Assembly (NCBI GenBank): GCA_050741015.1
Contig: JBOIFE010000116.1
Span: forward strand, 108-64,107
Length of the DNA: 64,000 nucleotides
Direction of reading: 5' to 3'
From: Burkholderiales bacterium
Lineage (GTDB): Bacteria > Pseudomonadota > Gammaproteobacteria > Burkholderiales > SG8-39
In this document: positions 18,310 through 29,189 of the stretch, piece by piece
Numbering within the stretch: position 1 is the first letter of the stretch
Layout of the letters: the number at the start of each line of letters is the position of its first letter
Made by a program: the position numbers and the translations under genes
Notes under the pieces: generated by a model
Databases searched by the model: none
Told to the model about the DNA's origin: nothing
The model's input: only the letters and a program-made list of their open reading frames with translations

Positions 18310-19259
18310 CCGCCTGCCCGCCGGTTCTGCTGGTAGCGTTCAATCGCCCCGACACGACGGCGCGCGTGTTCGCGGCGATCCGCCAGGCGCGGCCGGCGCG
18401 GCTTTACGTCGCCGCAGACGGGCCGCGGCCCTCGCGTCCTTCGGATTCGGCGCTGTGTGCCGAGGTCCGGCGCATCGCCGCGGAGGTCGATTGGCCCGTC
18501 GAACTGCGCACTCTGTACCGCGACGAGAACCAGGGCTGCAAGCGCAGCGTGAGCGGCGCGCTGGACTGGTTTTTCTCGCAGGAGCCGCAGGGCATCGTCC
18601 TCGAAGACGACTGCCTGCCGAGCGCAAGCTTCTTCAGGTTCAGCGCCGAGTTGCTCGAGCGGTACCGCGACGATCCGCGCGTGTTCTCGATCCAGGGCAA
18701 TTTCTTCGGCAGCGCGCGCGCACCGGCCGCCTCGTACCAGTTCTCGAAGCTGTTCTACATGTGGGGCTGGGCGAGCTGGGCCGACCGTTGGAAGTCGGTC
18801 GACATCGACAACCTGGACGTCGCCGCGATCCGCCGCGCGCTCGCGGACGATCGCTGGCTGGGCGCGGGCTCGTGGCGGCGCGACTACTGGCTTGACGTCG
18901 TGCAGCGGCAGGCCGCGGGCGAGATCGACTCCTGGGGCTACCCGGTGATGTTCCACTGCTTTCGCCGCCGGCTCTTCAACGCGACGCCCGCGAAAAACCT
19001 CGTGCTCAACATTGGCACGGGCCCCTCGGCGACGCGGACCGCGAGCCTCGAGCACGGCCCGCATCACCGCGCGGCCGAGGACATGCCCTTCCCTCTCGTC
19101 GAAGGCCGCAAGTACGAGGGCGCCGACGAGATGCTCGACTTCGAGCACCGTTGGCGGATCCAGCTTACGCCGTGGCGGCTGTTCCGCCAGGTGATGCACC
19201 ATCGCCACCCGCGGCTCTATCGCGCGCTACGATCGGCGTCCGGGGTCGTCCGATCGTGA
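18306..19259 (+). CDS. putative nucleotide-diphospho-sugar transferase of uncertain family (GT-A-like)
   Basis: ATGA overlap start. Motifs VLLVAFNRPDTTARVF and IVLEDDCLPS (acidic DxD-like). No closer assignment is possible by eye. Confidence 0.5.
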   Translation: MTACPPVLLVAFNRPDTTARVFAAIRQARPARLYVAADGPRPSRPSDSALCAEVRRIAAEVDWPVELRTLYRDENQGCKRSVSGALDWFFSQEPQGIVLEDDCLPSASFFRFSAELLERYRDDPRVFSIQGNFFGSARAPAASYQFSKLFYMWGWASWADRWKSVDIDNLDVAAIRRALADDRWLGAGSWRRDYWLDVVQRQAAGEIDSWGYPVMFHCFRRRLFNATPAKNLVLNIGTGPSATRTASLEHGPHHRAAEDMPFPLVEGRKYEGADEMLDFEHRWRIQLTPWRLFRQVMHHRHPRLYRALRSASGVVRS

Positions 19260-20176
19260 CCTCGACGAGGGCGCCGGCTTGCCCCTCCTGCGGCGCCGCG
19301 CCCGCGCGCCTTGTAGGCTCGATTCCTTCCGCTCGAATGTTCGCGGGCCACCCGGTCGAGGGTGTCCTGCCCGATGGTGCGTTGTATGCCTGTACGGCGT
19401 GCGGACTGGCGTTCCGGTTTCCGATCCTCGCCGCTCACGACTATGACGTGCTGTACGGCGACGCGTCGTCGGATTGCTGGGCGGACGACCCCGGCAGGAC
19501 GGACTGGGCGCTCGTCGAGGAGTACCTGTCGCAACATGCGCCCGAGGGCGCCCGCGTGCTCGACTTCGGCTGCCACACGGGCGGGCTGTTGCAGCGTCTC
19601 GGCGCGCGCTACTTGAAGACAGGCGTCGAAGTGAACCCCGGCGCAGCACGGCTCGCCCGCGAGCGCACCGGGACAGAAATCGTCGCGCGCCTCGACGCAC
19701 TCGCGTCCGACAAGCGCTTCGACATCGTCACTGCCGTCGACGTCGTCGAGCACTTCCCCGATCCAGGCGAAGTGATGGCATCGCTGCTCGACGTGCTCGC
19801 GCGGGGTGGCACGCTCGTCGTTACCACGGGCGACGCCGGCCATTGGCTTGCGAAGGTCACTGGTGCGCGCTGGTGGTACTGCTACTTCCCGGAGCACCTC
19901 GCTTTTATCTCCGAGCCATGGGCGCGCGGCTGGCTTGCCCGATCGGGAGTCCGCGCTCAGCTCGTCCTCGCGAGACGCTTTCGACACGCGCGGCTCTCGC
20001 CGGTGCGTACCGTCCTCCAGGCGAGCCTGGTCCCGCTGTACCTCGCGGCGCCGAGATTTTATTTGCGCTTGGGCGCCGCGGCGCGAAAGGCGCTCCGCCG
20101 CGGCGACACCGCGTATCCTCCGGGCGGCGGCTTGACGAAAGACCACTTGCTCCTCGTGCTGAAGCGCCCGTCGTGA
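19256..20176 (+). CDS. class I SAM-dependent methyltransferase with N-terminal zinc ribbon
   Basis: GTGA overlap start. CPSCG...CTACG Cys4 motif, SAM motif I VLDFGCHTGGLL, and DVVEHFPDP. Confidence 0.7.
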   Translation: MTSTRAPACPSCGAAPARLVGSIPSARMFAGHPVEGVLPDGALYACTACGLAFRFPILAAHDYDVLYGDASSDCWADDPGRTDWALVEEYLSQHAPEGARVLDFGCHTGGLLQRLGARYLKTGVEVNPGAARLARERTGTEIVARLDALASDKRFDIVTAVDVVEHFPDPGEVMASLLDVLARGGTLVVTTGDAGHWLAKVTGARWWYCYFPEHLAFISEPWARGWLARSGVRAQLVLARRFRHARLSPVRTVLQASLVPLYLAAPRFYLRLGAAARKALRRGDTAYPPGGGLTKDHLLLVLKRPS

Positions 20177-20904
20177 AGGCCTTCACCCATCGACTGCTGC
20201 AGCGATTCGGGTACGACATCCATCGCTTTCGCGCGAGTGCTTCGCTCGAAGCGCAGCTCGCGGCGATGCTGCGCTCGGGCGGATTCGACCTGGTGCTCGA
20301 TGTCGGCGCCAATGCCGGCCAGTACGGGCGCCGGCTTCGCGATCACGGCTATTCTGGCAGGATCGTTTCCTTCGAGCCGCTGCGCGAGGCCTGGACGCCC
20401 CTCAAGGCCGCATCCTCCGGCGACAAACTTTGGGAGGTCGCCGACCCCATCGCCCTGGGCGAGCGCGACGGCGAGATCGACATCCACGTCTCGGAGAATT
20501 CGTACAGCAGCTCGGCGCTCGGGGTGCTCGACGCGCACCTGCGAGCGGCGCCGGACTCGCGCTACGTCGGCCGCGAGCTCGTGCCAATGCGGCGGCTCGA
20601 TGCCGTGGCCGGGCGGTATCTGCGGCCCGCGTCGGTCGCCTTGCTCAAGGTCGACACGCAGGGCTTTGAAGATCGCGTGCTCGCGGGGGCGGCCGGAATC
20701 CTCCCGCGGATTGCCGGGCTCCAGCTCGAGCTGTCTCTCGTGCCGCTGTACGAGGGGCAGAAGCTGATCGCCGAGATGCTCGAGCAGGTCCGCGGCCTCG
20801 GTTTCGAGCTGTGGGGCGCGTGGCCCGTACTTGTCGAGCCCGACACGGGCCGGTTGCTTCAGGTCGACGCGGTCTTCTTCCGTCCCGCCACGAAATCCTC
20901 GTAG
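20173..20904 (+). CDS. FkbM-family methyltransferase
   Basis: GTGA overlap start. Motifs [12 protein letters not shown] and [14 protein letters not shown], typical of Methyltransf_21. Confidence 0.8.
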   Translation: MKAFTHRLLQRFGYDIHRFRASASLEAQLAAMLRSGGFDLVLDVGANAGQYGRRLRDHGYSGRIVSFEPLREAWTPLKAASSGDKLWEVADPIALGERDGEIDIHVSENSYSSSALGVLDAHLRAAPDSRYVGRELVPMRRLDAVAGRYLRPASVALLKVDTQGFEDRVLAGAAGILPRIAGLQLELSLVPLYEGQKLIAEMLEQVRGLGFELWGAWPVLVEPDTGRLLQVDAVFFRPATKSS

Positions 20905-21833
20905 GCGAGCCGCGCGCCCTCGCGCAGCGGGATCCGCGAGCGCCACCCAAGCGCTTCCAGCCTGCCGACATCGAGCAGCTTCCTCGGGGTGCCGTCGGGC
21001 TTGGAGGCGTCGAACTCGAGCCCGCCGCGATAGCCGACGACCTCGCAGACGAGCTCGGCAAGCTCCCGGATCGTCAGGTCTTTTCCGGCGCCAATGTTGA
21101 CGAGCGGCAGCGCGCCCGCCGCGACCAGCGGGGCATAACGCCCCTCCGGCAGGCCGAGCAGGTACGCGCACGCGTCCGCCATGTCGTCGCTGTAGAGAAA
21201 CTCCCGCCTCGGATTGCCCGTTCCCCATACCGCGAGCGCCCCGTCGCCGCGCTGCTTCGCCTCGTGCGCCTTGCGGATCAGCGCCGGCAGCACATGCGAG
21301 GTCTGCAGGTCGTAGTTGTCACCGGGACCGTAGAGATTCGTCGGCATCACCGCGAGATACTGCGTACCGTACTGCCGGTTGTAGCTCCAGCACATCTCGA
21401 TCCCCGCGATCTTCGCCACGGCATAGGCACGGTTCGTCGCCTCGAGCGGCCCCGTCAGCAGGTACTCTTCCTTCATCGGCTGCGGGCACTCGCGCGGATA
21501 GATGCAGGACGAGCCGAGGAAGAGCAGGCGCTTCACACCCGCGCGCCAAGCCTCGTGGATGACGTTAGTCTGGATCGCAAGGTTCTCGTGGATGAATTCC
21601 GCGGGCAGCGTGTCGTTGGCCAGGATGCCGCCGACCTTGGCTGCCGCGAGGATCACGTGCCGCGGTCGCTCGGCCTCGAAGAAATGCCTCACCGCTGTTG
21701 CGTCGGCAAGCTCGAGCTCGGCGTGCGTGCGCAGCGCAAGGTTCTCGTAACCGGCCGCGCGCAGCCGCCGCACGATCGCCGACCCGGCAAGCCCGCGATG
21801 GCCCGCGACGTAGATCTTCTCGGACCGATCCAC
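20859..21833 (-). CDS. fcl: GDP-L-fucose synthase (GDP-4-keto-6-deoxymannose 3,5-epimerase/4-reductase)
   Basis: [31 protein letters not shown] and [11 protein letters not shown]. 324 aa. Confidence 0.9.
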   Translation of the reverse strand: MDRSEKIYVAGHRGLAGSAIVRRLRAAGYENLALRTHAELELADATAVRHFFEAERPRHVILAAAKVGGILANDTLPAEFIHENLAIQTNVIHEAWRAGVKRLLFLGSSCIYPRECPQPMKEEYLLTGPLEATNRAYAVAKIAGIEMCWSYNRQYGTQYLAVMPTNLYGPGDNYDLQTSHVLPALIRKAHEAKQRGDGALAVWGTGNPRREFLYSDDMADACAYLLGLPEGRYAPLVAAGALPLVNIGAGKDLTIRELAELVCEVVGYRGGLEFDASKPDGTPRKLLDVGRLEALGWRSRIPLREGARLAYEDFVAGRKKTAST

Positions 21834-21834
21834 G

Positions 21835-22923
21835 CTACTCGTGCTGCCGGAGGACCGTGTGGCCGTACTTCTTCACCAGCGCGTCGCGCTCGGCCTCGCG
21901 CAGGTCCGCACGCGCCATTTCCTCGACCAGCTCATCGAAGGAGGTCTTCGCGGTCCAGCCGAGCTTCGCCTTCGCCTTCGATGGATCGCCGAGCAGCGTA
22001 TCCACCTCCGCCGGGCGGAAGTAGCGCCGGTCGACGGCGACGACCGTGCGGCCCTTCTCGTCGAGCGCATGCTCGTCCGCGCCCGCGCCACGCCAGGCAA
22101 GTTTCATGTCGAGCTTCTTCGCTGCGAGATTGACGAAGTCGCGCACGCTGTGCTGCTTGCCGGTCGCGATGACGAAATCCTCGGGCGCGCTCTGCTGCAG
22201 GATGAGCCACTGCGCCTCGACGTAGTCGCGCGCGTGGCCCCAGTCGCGGCGCGCGTCGAGGTTGCCTAGGTAGAGACAGTCCTGCAGCCCGAGCTTGATG
22301 CGCGCGAGCGCGCGCGAGATCTTGCGCGAGACGAAGGTCTCGCCGCGGATCGGCGACTCGTGGTTGAACAAGATCCCGTTGCACGCAAACATGCCGTAGG
22401 ACTCGCGGTAATTCACCGTAATCCAGTAGGCGTAGAGCTTGGCCGCGCCGTAAGGCGAGCGCGGATAGAAGGGCGTGGTCTCCTTCTGCGGCGTCTCCAG
22501 CACCTTGCCGTAGAGCTCGGAGGTCGAGGCCTGGTAGAAGCGCGCCTTCTTTTCCATGCCGAGGATGCGGATCGCTTCCAGCAACCGCAGCGTGCCGATG
22601 CCGTCGGAGTCGGCCGTGTATTCGGGCTCCTCGAAGCTCACCGCGACGTGGCTTTGCGCGGCGAGGTTGTAGATCTCGTCGGGCTGCGACTGCTGGATGA
22701 TCCGCGTCAAGCTCGACGAGTCGGTCATGTCGCCGTAGTGCAGGATCAAGCGGCGGTCTTGCTCGTGGGGATCCTGGTAGAGATGATCGATCCGTTGCGT
22801 GTTGAAGCTCGAGGCGCGGCGCTTGATGCCATGCACTTCGTAGCCCTTGCCGAGCAGCAATTCGGCGAGGTAGGCACCGTCCTGTCCGGTGATGCCGGTG
22901 ATCAGTGCGACTTTGCGGGTCAT
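21835..22923 (-). CDS. gmd: GDP-mannose 4,6-dehydratase, long form
   Basis: Internal ATG of the 21835..23949 ORF. Motifs [60 protein letters not shown] and [12 protein letters not shown]. Confidence 0.92.
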   Translation of the reverse strand: MTRKVALITGITGQDGAYLAELLLGKGYEVHGIKRRASSFNTQRIDHLYQDPHEQDRRLILHYGDMTDSSSLTRIIQQSQPDEIYNLAAQSHVAVSFEEPEYTADSDGIGTLRLLEAIRILGMEKKARFYQASTSELYGKVLETPQKETTPFYPRSPYGAAKLYAYWITVNYRESYGMFACNGILFNHESPIRGETFVSRKISRALARIKLGLQDCLYLGNLDARRDWGHARDYVEAQWLILQQSAPEDFVIATGKQHSVRDFVNLAAKKLDMKLAWRGAGADEHALDEKGRTVVAVDRRYFRPAEVDTLLGDPSKAKAKLGWTAKTSFDELVEEMARADLREAERDALVKKYGHTVLRQHE

Positions 22924-23759
22924 GCCAACGCGGATGTTACCTCGGTGAGCTGCACTTCCCAGGATTCGAGCGCGAGCCCTGTGTCGTTGCGCAGCTTCGA
23001 GCAGTCGAGCCTCGAACTCCGAGGCCGGCGCGCTGGCGTCGGATAGTCCTCGGTGCGGATCGCCACCACCGGCGTCGCGAGGCCCGCGCCTTTCAGGATC
23101 GCGCGCGCGAATCCGCACCAGGACGTCTCGCCTCCCGCGGTCATGTGATAGAGCCCGTGCGCGCCTTTCGCCAGCAGTTGCGGCGTCGCTCGCGCGATGG
23201 CAAGGCTCGAGGTCGGCGCCCCGACTTGGTCGTCCACGACGCGAAGCTCGGGCCGATCCTTGGCGAGGCGCCGCATCGTGAGGAAGAAATTCTTCCCGCG
23301 CGGCCCGTACACCCAGCTTGTGCGCAGGATCAGGTGCCGGCAGCCGCTTGCCTGGATCGCCTGCTCGCCCGCGAGCTTGGATTCGCCGTAGACGCTGATC
23401 GGCCGAGGCGGATCGCTTTCGATGTACGGCGACGCCTTGTCTCCGGCGAAGACGTAGTCCGTCGAGTAATGAACGAGCATTGCGCCGATGCGATTGGCTT
23501 CCTCGGCGAGCACGCGGGGCGCAGTTGCATTGACGGCGAAAGCGAGGTCCCGCTCGGACTCGGCCTTGTCGACCGCAGTGTAGGCGGCCGCGTTCACGAT
23601 GATGTCGGGCTGCAACGCACGCACGGCGGCGGCAAGCGGCGGCGCGTCCGCGAGGTCGAGCCCATAGCGGTCGAACACCCGTACCTCGCCCATCGGTGCG
23701 AGGGTCTGCCTGAGCTCCCAGCCGACCTGGCCGGTGGCGCCGGTCAGCAGGAGCCTCAA
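22920..23759 (-). CDS. rmlD: dTDP-4-dehydrorhamnose reductase
   Basis: TTG start (TTGA overlap with the rmlC stop). Motifs [14 protein letters not shown] and the catalytic [10 protein letters not shown]. The stop overlaps the gmd ATG (ATGA). Confidence 0.85.
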   Translation of the reverse strand: MRLLLTGATGQVGWELRQTLAPMGEVRVFDRYGLDLADAPPLAAAVRALQPDIIVNAAAYTAVDKAESERDLAFAVNATAPRVLAEEANRIGAMLVHYSTDYVFAGDKASPYIESDPPRPISVYGESKLAGEQAIQASGCRHLILRTSWVYGPRGKNFFLTMRRLAKDRPELRVVDDQVGAPTSSLAIARATPQLLAKGAHGLYHMTAGGETSWCGFARAILKGAGLATPVVAIRTEDYPTPARRPRSSRLDCSKLRNDTGLALESWEVQLTEVTSALA

Positions 23760-24301
23760 GCGTAGGTCTCGGCGGAGGCGAGCGGCACGCCGCGACGATC
23801 CTTCTCCGCCAGCACCGGCGCGCCCGCCAGGGGCCAGCGGATGCCGAGCGCGGGGTCGCTCCAGAGCAGCGTGCGCTCCTGCTCCGGCGCGTAGTAGTCG
23901 GTGGACTTGTAGAGCACGTCGGCCGAGTCCGACACGACGACGAAGCCATGCGCGAAGCCGGCCGGAATCCACGCGATGCGCCTTGACTCCGCGGATAGCG
24001 TGAATCCCGTCCACTTGCCGAAGGCCGGCGAGCTGCGGCGCAGGTCCACTGCCACGTCCCAGATCTCGCCCGCGAGCACCCGGACGAGCTTTCCCTGCGC
24101 CTGGCGGACCTGGTAGTGCAGGCCGCGCAGCACGTTCTTCGCCGAGCGCGAGACGTTGTCCTGCACGAAGTCGGTATCGATGCCGGTCGCCTTGTGAAAA
24201 GCGCGCCGGTTGTAGGCCTCGTAGAAGAAGCCGCGGTCGTCGCCGAACACCCTGGGCTCGAGCAACAGCACGCCCGGCAGCTCGGTGGGGACCACCTGCA
24301 T
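23756..24301 (-). CDS. rmlC: dTDP-4-dehydrorhamnose 3,5-epimerase
   Basis: [17 protein letters not shown] and PAGFAHGF. 181 aa. ATGA overlap with the rmlA stop. Confidence 0.9.
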   Translation of the reverse strand: MQVVPTELPGVLLLEPRVFGDDRGFFYEAYNRRAFHKATGIDTDFVQDNVSRSAKNVLRGLHYQVRQAQGKLVRVLAGEIWDVAVDLRRSSPAFGKWTGFTLSAESRRIAWIPAGFAHGFVVVSDSADVLYKSTDYYAPEQERTLLWSDPALGIRWPLAGAPVLAEKDRRGVPLASAETYA

Positions 24302-25176
24302 CAGAACACCTTGTCGGCCAGCACGCGCAGCAGGTACTCGCCGTAGCCACTCCTGGCGAGCGGCCGCGCGAGCGCGCGCAACTGGCGCGCGCTCACCCAA
24401 CCCTGGCGGTAGGCGATCTCCTCCGGGCAGGCGACCTTCAGCCCCTGGCGTTTCTCGATCGTCTCGATGAAGTGGCCGGCCTCGAGCAGCGACTCGTGCG
24501 TGCCCGTGTCGAGCCAGGCGTAGCCGCGGCCCATCGGCACCACGTCGAGCTCGCCCCACTCCAGGTAGCGGCGATTGACGTCGGTGATCTCGAGCTCGCC
24601 GCGGGGCGACGGCCGCAGGCCTTCGGCGATCTTCACCACCCGAGGGTCGTAGAAATACAGGCCCACGACCGCGTAGCGCGACTTGGGCTTCTTCGGTTTT
24701 TCTTCCAGGCTCACCGCGCGGCCCTTCGCGTCGAACTCGACCACGCCGTAGCGCTGCGGGTCCGTGACCGGGTAGGCGAACACGGTCGCGCCGCGTTTCC
24801 TCTTCGCCGCGCGCGCCAGGAGCGCCGAAAGGTCGTGTCCGTGGAACAGGTTGTCGCCCAGGACAAGCGCGACCCGATCGCGCCCGATGAATGGCTTGCC
24901 GATGAGAAACGCCTGCGCCAGGCCCCCGGGCCGCGGCTGCACGGCGTACGAGAGCTTGAGGCCCCAGCGTCGTCCATTGCCCAGAAGCTCACGGAAGCGC
25001 GGCGTGTCCTCGGGCGTGGAAATCACCAGGATGTCGCGGATTCCCGCGAGCATCAGCGTGCTGAGCGGGTAGTACACCATCGGCTTGTCGTAGACCGGCA
25101 GCAGCTGCTTGGACACGACCTGCGTCACCGGGTACAAGCGCGTGCCGGACCCGCCAGCGAGGATGATGCCCTTCAC
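24301..25176 (-). CDS. rmlA: glucose-1-phosphate thymidylyltransferase
   Basis: GTG start (GTGA overlap). Motifs [23 protein letters not shown] and [10 protein letters not shown]. Confidence 0.92.
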   Translation of the reverse strand: MKGIILAGGSGTRLYPVTQVVSKQLLPVYDKPMVYYPLSTLMLAGIRDILVISTPEDTPRFRELLGNGRRWGLKLSYAVQPRPGGLAQAFLIGKPFIGRDRVALVLGDNLFHGHDLSALLARAAKRKRGATVFAYPVTDPQRYGVVEFDAKGRAVSLEEKPKKPKSRYAVVGLYFYDPRVVKIAEGLRPSPRGELEITDVNRRYLEWGELDVVPMGRGYAWLDTGTHESLLEAGHFIETIEKRQGLKVACPEEIAYRQGWVSARQLRALARPLARSGYGEYLLRVLADKVF

Positions 25177-26183
25177 GCCGCGGCCTTCCGAGCGCGCCGC
25201 TCGAGATACCAGCGCACCGTTTGCTTCAGCCCCGAGGCGAAGGTTTCCGCGGGGCGCCAGCCAAGCTCGCGCTCGATCTTTCGTGCGTCGATCGCGTAGC
25301 GCCGGTCGTGGCCTGGGCGGTCCTTGACGAAGGAGATGAGGTCCGAGTAGCTGCCACCCGTGCGCGGCTGCGCGTCGTCGAGCAGCGCGCACAGCGAGCG
25401 GACGAGGTCGATGTTCCTCATTGGCGCCGCGCCGCCGATGTTGTAGACCTCGCCGGGCCGGCCGCGCGCGAGCACCTGGCGGATCGCCTCGCAGTGGTCG
25501 AGCACGTAGAGCCAGTCGCGCACGTTCTGGCCGTCGCCATAGACCGGCAGCGGCTTGCCGGCGAGCGCCTGGTGGATCATGAGCGGGATGAGCTTTTCCG
25601 GGAACTGGCGCGGCCCGTAGTTGTTCGAGCAGTTCGTGGTGAGCGTCGGCAGGCCGTAGGTGTGCCAGTACGCGCGCACGAGGTGGTCGGATGCGGCCTT
25701 GGACGCGCTGTAGGGGCTGTTCGGCGCATAGGGCGTCGTCTCGCTGAACGCGGGATCGTCGGGCCCGAGCGAGCCGTAGACCTCGTCGGTCGAGACGTGA
25801 AGGAACCGGAACGCCTCGCGCTCGCCCGCGGGCAAGCTCGCCCAGTACGCGCGCGCCTCCTCGAGCAGGTTGAACGTGCCCACGACGTTCGTCTGCACGA
25901 ACGGCGCCGGCCCCTCGATCGAGCGGTCGACGTGGCTTTCGGCCGCGAAGTGCAGCACGGCACGCGGCCTGTGACGCTGCAGCAGCCCGCGCACGAGCGC
26001 GCGGTCGCAGACGTCGCCCTTGGTAAAGGCGTGCCGCATGTCACCGCGCAGCTCGTCCAGGTTGGCGAGGTTGCCGGCATAGGTCAATTTGTCGAGCGTG
26101 ACTACAGCCTCGCCGGTCGCGGCGACCGTCGTTAGCACGAAGTTGGAGCCGATGAAACCTGCGCCGCCGGTGACGAGCAGCAT
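25173..26183 (-). CDS. rmlB: dTDP-glucose 4,6-dehydratase
   Basis: [24 protein letters not shown] and [12 protein letters not shown]. 336 aa. Confidence 0.92.
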   Translation of the reverse strand: MLLVTGGAGFIGSNFVLTTVAATGEAVVTLDKLTYAGNLANLDELRGDMRHAFTKGDVCDRALVRGLLQRHRPRAVLHFAAESHVDRSIEGPAPFVQTNVVGTFNLLEEARAYWASLPAGEREAFRFLHVSTDEVYGSLGPDDPAFSETTPYAPNSPYSASKAASDHLVRAYWHTYGLPTLTTNCSNNYGPRQFPEKLIPLMIHQALAGKPLPVYGDGQNVRDWLYVLDHCEAIRQVLARGRPGEVYNIGGAAPMRNIDLVRSLCALLDDAQPRTGGSYSDLISFVKDRPGHDRRYAIDARKIERELGWRPAETFASGLKQTVRWYLERRARKAAA

Positions 26184-26190
26184 GGGCCGA

Positions 26191-27963
26191 TTATGCCGTC
26201 GCGGAGAGCGGCCGCGCCGCGAACTGCACCCGGTGCAGGCGTGCGTAGACGCCCCCGCGCGCGAGGAGCTCCGCATGCTTGCCCGACTCCACCACCCGGC
26301 CCTGCTCGAGCACCGCGATGCGGTCGGCGCGCTCGATCGTGGACAGGCGGTGGGCGATGACGATGGTGGTGCGCCCGCGCATCAGCGCCTCGAGCGCCGC
26401 CTGCACGTGGCGCTCGGATTCCGAGTCGAGCGCGGAGGTCGCCTCGTCGAGGATCAGCACCGGCGCGTTCTTGAGCAGCGCGCGCGCGATCGCCAGGCGC
26501 TGGCGCTGGCCGCCCGAGAGGCGCATGCCGTTCTCGCCGATCAGCGTATCCAGGCCCTCGGGCGTCTCGAGGATGAAGCTCAGGGCGTGCGCGGCTTGCG
26601 CGACCGCCTCGACTTCCTGCTTGCTCGCCCCACCCAGGCGGCCGTAGGCGATGTTGGCGTAGATCGTGTCGTTGAACAGCATGATGTCCTGCGACACGAG
26701 CGCGAGGTTGCCGCGCAGGCTCTCAAGCGTCAACGACTGCAGGTCGTGCCCATCCAGCGTGATGCGGCCCGCATCGGGCGAATAGAAGCGAGGCAGCAGG
26801 TTCACGAGCGTGCTCTTGCCGCCGCCCGAGGCGCCCACCAGCGCGAGCGTCTGGCCCGGCTGCACGCGCAGGCTCACATCGCGTAGCGCCGGCTCGTTGC
26901 GCGTGGGATAGGTGAAGGTGACGCTTTCATAGGCGATCTCGCCCTTCGCGCGATCGAGTGTCACCGTGCCGTGGTCCTCCTCCACCGGCGAGTCGATCAT
27001 GCCGAAGACGCTTTCGGAGGCGGCCAGCCCGCGCTGCAGCACCGCGTTGACGTCGGTCAGGTGCTTGATCGGGGCGAAGAGCATGACCATGGCAGTAAAG
27101 AACGAGGCGAATTCGCCCGCGGAGACGCGCGTGCCGATCGTGTCCTGCAGCGCTACGTAGACGATCACGGCCACCGCCGAGGCCGCCAGCAGGTGCGTGG
27201 CGGGCGTAATGAGCGCCTCGGGCACCTTCTGGCGCATGTTGAATCCGCGCAGCGTGCCGATCGCGCGGGCAAAACGTTTTCCTTCGTAGTCCTGGCCGCC
27301 AAACACCTTGACCACGCGATGGCACTCGATCGTCTCCTCCAGCACGTGCACCACGTCGCCCAGGGCCCGCTGGGATGCGCGCGCCATGCTGCGCAACCGC
27401 CGCGAGAGCATGCGCACCATGCCGCCGACGAGCGGCGCGATGACGAACGCGATGAGCGTGAGGCGCCAGTTGAGATACAGAAGCCAGCCGAGCAGGCCGA
27501 TGATCACAATCGAGTCGCGCACCAGTACCGTCGCCGCCGTCGTGGCGGCCGCGCTCACGTTGGCGACGTCATAGGCGACGCGGGAAAGCAGCGCGCCCGC
27601 GGTCTGGTCGTCGTAGGCCCGGGTGGGAAACCTCACCAGCCGCGCGAACATACCGGCGCGCAGGTCGAGCACCACCTTCTCGGCGACCCAGGTCATGCTG
27701 TACTGGCCGACGAAAGTGAAGGCTCCGCGCACCACGAAGATGCCGATGATGCCCAGCGCGATCAGCGTCGGCGACAGCAGCGACTTGCCGCCGCCGAAAT
27801 TGCCGTCCAGCAGCGGCTTGAGCAGCATTGGAAAGAGCGGCTCGGTCCCCGCCGCCACCATGTTGCCGAGGATCGCCACCACGAACGCTTGCGCGTACGG
27901 CCGGACGTAGGACAGAAGGCGGCGGTACAGGTCGCGGCCGGCGTGGGCATACCCTTGAGACAT
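26191..27963 (-). CDS. msbA: lipid A export ATP-binding/permease protein
   Basis: 590 aa half-transporter. The N-terminal 6-TM domain begins LLSYVRPY. Walker [10 protein letters not shown], signature LSGGQRQR, Walker [13 protein letters not shown]. Confidence 0.9.
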   Translation of the reverse strand: MSQGYAHAGRDLYRRLLSYVRPYAQAFVVAILGNMVAAGTEPLFPMLLKPLLDGNFGGGKSLLSPTLIALGIIGIFVVRGAFTFVGQYSMTWVAEKVVLDLRAGMFARLVRFPTRAYDDQTAGALLSRVAYDVANVSAAATTAATVLVRDSIVIIGLLGWLLYLNWRLTLIAFVIAPLVGGMVRMLSRRLRSMARASQRALGDVVHVLEETIECHRVVKVFGGQDYEGKRFARAIGTLRGFNMRQKVPEALITPATHLLAASAVAVIVYVALQDTIGTRVSAGEFASFFTAMVMLFAPIKHLTDVNAVLQRGLAASESVFGMIDSPVEEDHGTVTLDRAKGEIAYESVTFTYPTRNEPALRDVSLRVQPGQTLALVGASGGGKSTLVNLLPRFYSPDAGRITLDGHDLQSLTLESLRGNLALVSQDIMLFNDTIYANIAYGRLGGASKQEVEAVAQAAHALSFILETPEGLDTLIGENGMRLSGGQRQRLAIARALLKNAPVLILDEATSALDSESERHVQAALEALMRGRTTIVIAHRLSTIERADRIAVLEQGRVVESGKHAELLARGGVYARLHRVQFAARPLSATA

Positions 27964-27986
27964 AGGGGGATTGTACTGGCCGAAAC

Positions 27987-29189
27987 CTAACCGGTCCGGA
28001 GTCGCGGGGCCGTCTGAAGCCCGGCGAACAGAAGACCACTCAGCCAGACATAGAACAGCGACTCCGCGTGGTCGTGCAGGAACGAATTAAACAGGCACCC
28101 CAGCACCATGAGGATCACGAGCCCGCGCGCGAGATCGATGTCGGTGCGGGTGGCGAGCCGCCCGGCGAGGCGCCACTGGGCCGCAAATAGCGCCAGCAGC
28201 GCTGCAACCCCGACCGCGCCGAGCTCGACAGCACTGTAGAGGTACTGGTTCTCGGGATTGGTGCTTGCCGGCCGGCCGCTGCCCCGGATCTCAGACGCAT
28301 AGGCCGCAGGGAATCCGCCGGTTCCCGTCCCCACTACGGGATGGCGGCGCCAGATTCGCACGCTGTTGCTCCAGGCCTCGAGCCGCAGATTGGAGGCGTC
28401 TGCGGGCTTGCCAGCTTCCCATCTTTCCACCTCATGGATCGTCATCAGGGTTCGGATATGAATCACGCTGGCCGGCAAGAGGGCGGCGGCGCCGGCGACC
28501 CCGATCCCGGCGACCGCGGCCACCACGAGCCCGCGCCAGCGCAGGGTCGAATACAGGAAGTAGAGCAGCAGCCCGGCGAGCACCACCTGCCCCGTCCGGC
28601 TCTGGACCATGAACAGCACATTGAACGACGCCACGAGCGCGAGTGCCGCGAAAAGCCATCGCCGATGCGGTCCCCGCGCTTCACGCGCCTGCAACGCGAA
28701 GACGAACGCGGCATAGGCCATGAAGACACTGTGAGTGATCTTTTTCTTGAACACGACGGCATCGACGGGCAGGCCCTTGAAGACGTCGCCCTGCGGAATG
28801 AGGCCCCACCACACCGGGAACGAGAGCGCGAGCGTGACGAGCATCGCCGCGGCGAACGCCGCGAGGGCCCGGCGCCTCCAATGATCATCGGGCTGAAGCG
28901 ACACCAGCAACGGTATGAAGAGGAGCGTCGCCGCCTTGGTGACGGCGTCTCGAATGTCCTCGCCGCTTCCCAGGCTGTAGACGGATCCGGCAACCTGCAG
29001 CAGGAACAGCCCGACCGGAAAAGCGATGAAGGCGTTTCGCCGGAGGAGCGCAAGCTTCTCCCGCCAACTCCCGCTCGCGGCCCAGGCGACGAGCAAGGCG
29101 ACCAGCAGTACCGAATCCAGCGCGGTAGAAAGCGGCAGCGACAGGCCGATCGCGACTGCGATCCAGAGCGCCACGCCCTGCGCCCTCAC
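27987..29189 (-). CDS. O-antigen ligase/polymerase-family (Wzy_C-type) polytopic membrane protein
   Basis: About 400 aa with at least 10 hydrophobic segments and a large loop (TLMTIHEVERWEAGKPADASNLRLEAWS...HPVVGTGTGGF), typical of the WaaL/Wzy_C family. The GTG start at 29189 is inferred, and the true start is uncertain. Confidence 0.65.
   Translation of the reverse strand: MRAQGVALWIAVAIGLSLPLSTALDSVLLVALLVAWAASGSWREKLALLRRNAFIAFPVGLFLLQVAGSVYSLGSGEDIRDAVTKAATLLFIPLLVSLQPDDHWRRRALAAFAAAMLVTLALSFPVWWGLIPQGDVFKGLPVDAVVFKKKITHSVFMAYAAFVFALQAREARGPHRRWLFAALALVASFNVLFMVQSRTGQVVLAGLLLYFLYSTLRWRGLVVAAVAGIGVAGAAALLPASVIHIRTLMTIHEVERWEAGKPADASNLRLEAWSNSVRIWRRHPVVGTGTGGFPAAYASEIRGSGRPASTNPENQYLYSAVELGAVGVAALLALFAAQWRLAGRLATRTDIDLARGLVILMVLGCLFNSFLHDHAESLFYVWLSGLLFAGLQTAPRLRTG

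Noticed and set aside
24405-24412. An exact ops/JUMPStart core GGCGGTAG (RfaH recruitment element).
   Set aside because: It lies on the plus strand inside the minus-strand rmlA coding sequence, which is the wrong strand and context for an operon leader. No ops element was found in the actual leader regions (7692-7744, 11120-11203, 32788-32850, 45592-45625, 52066-52098).
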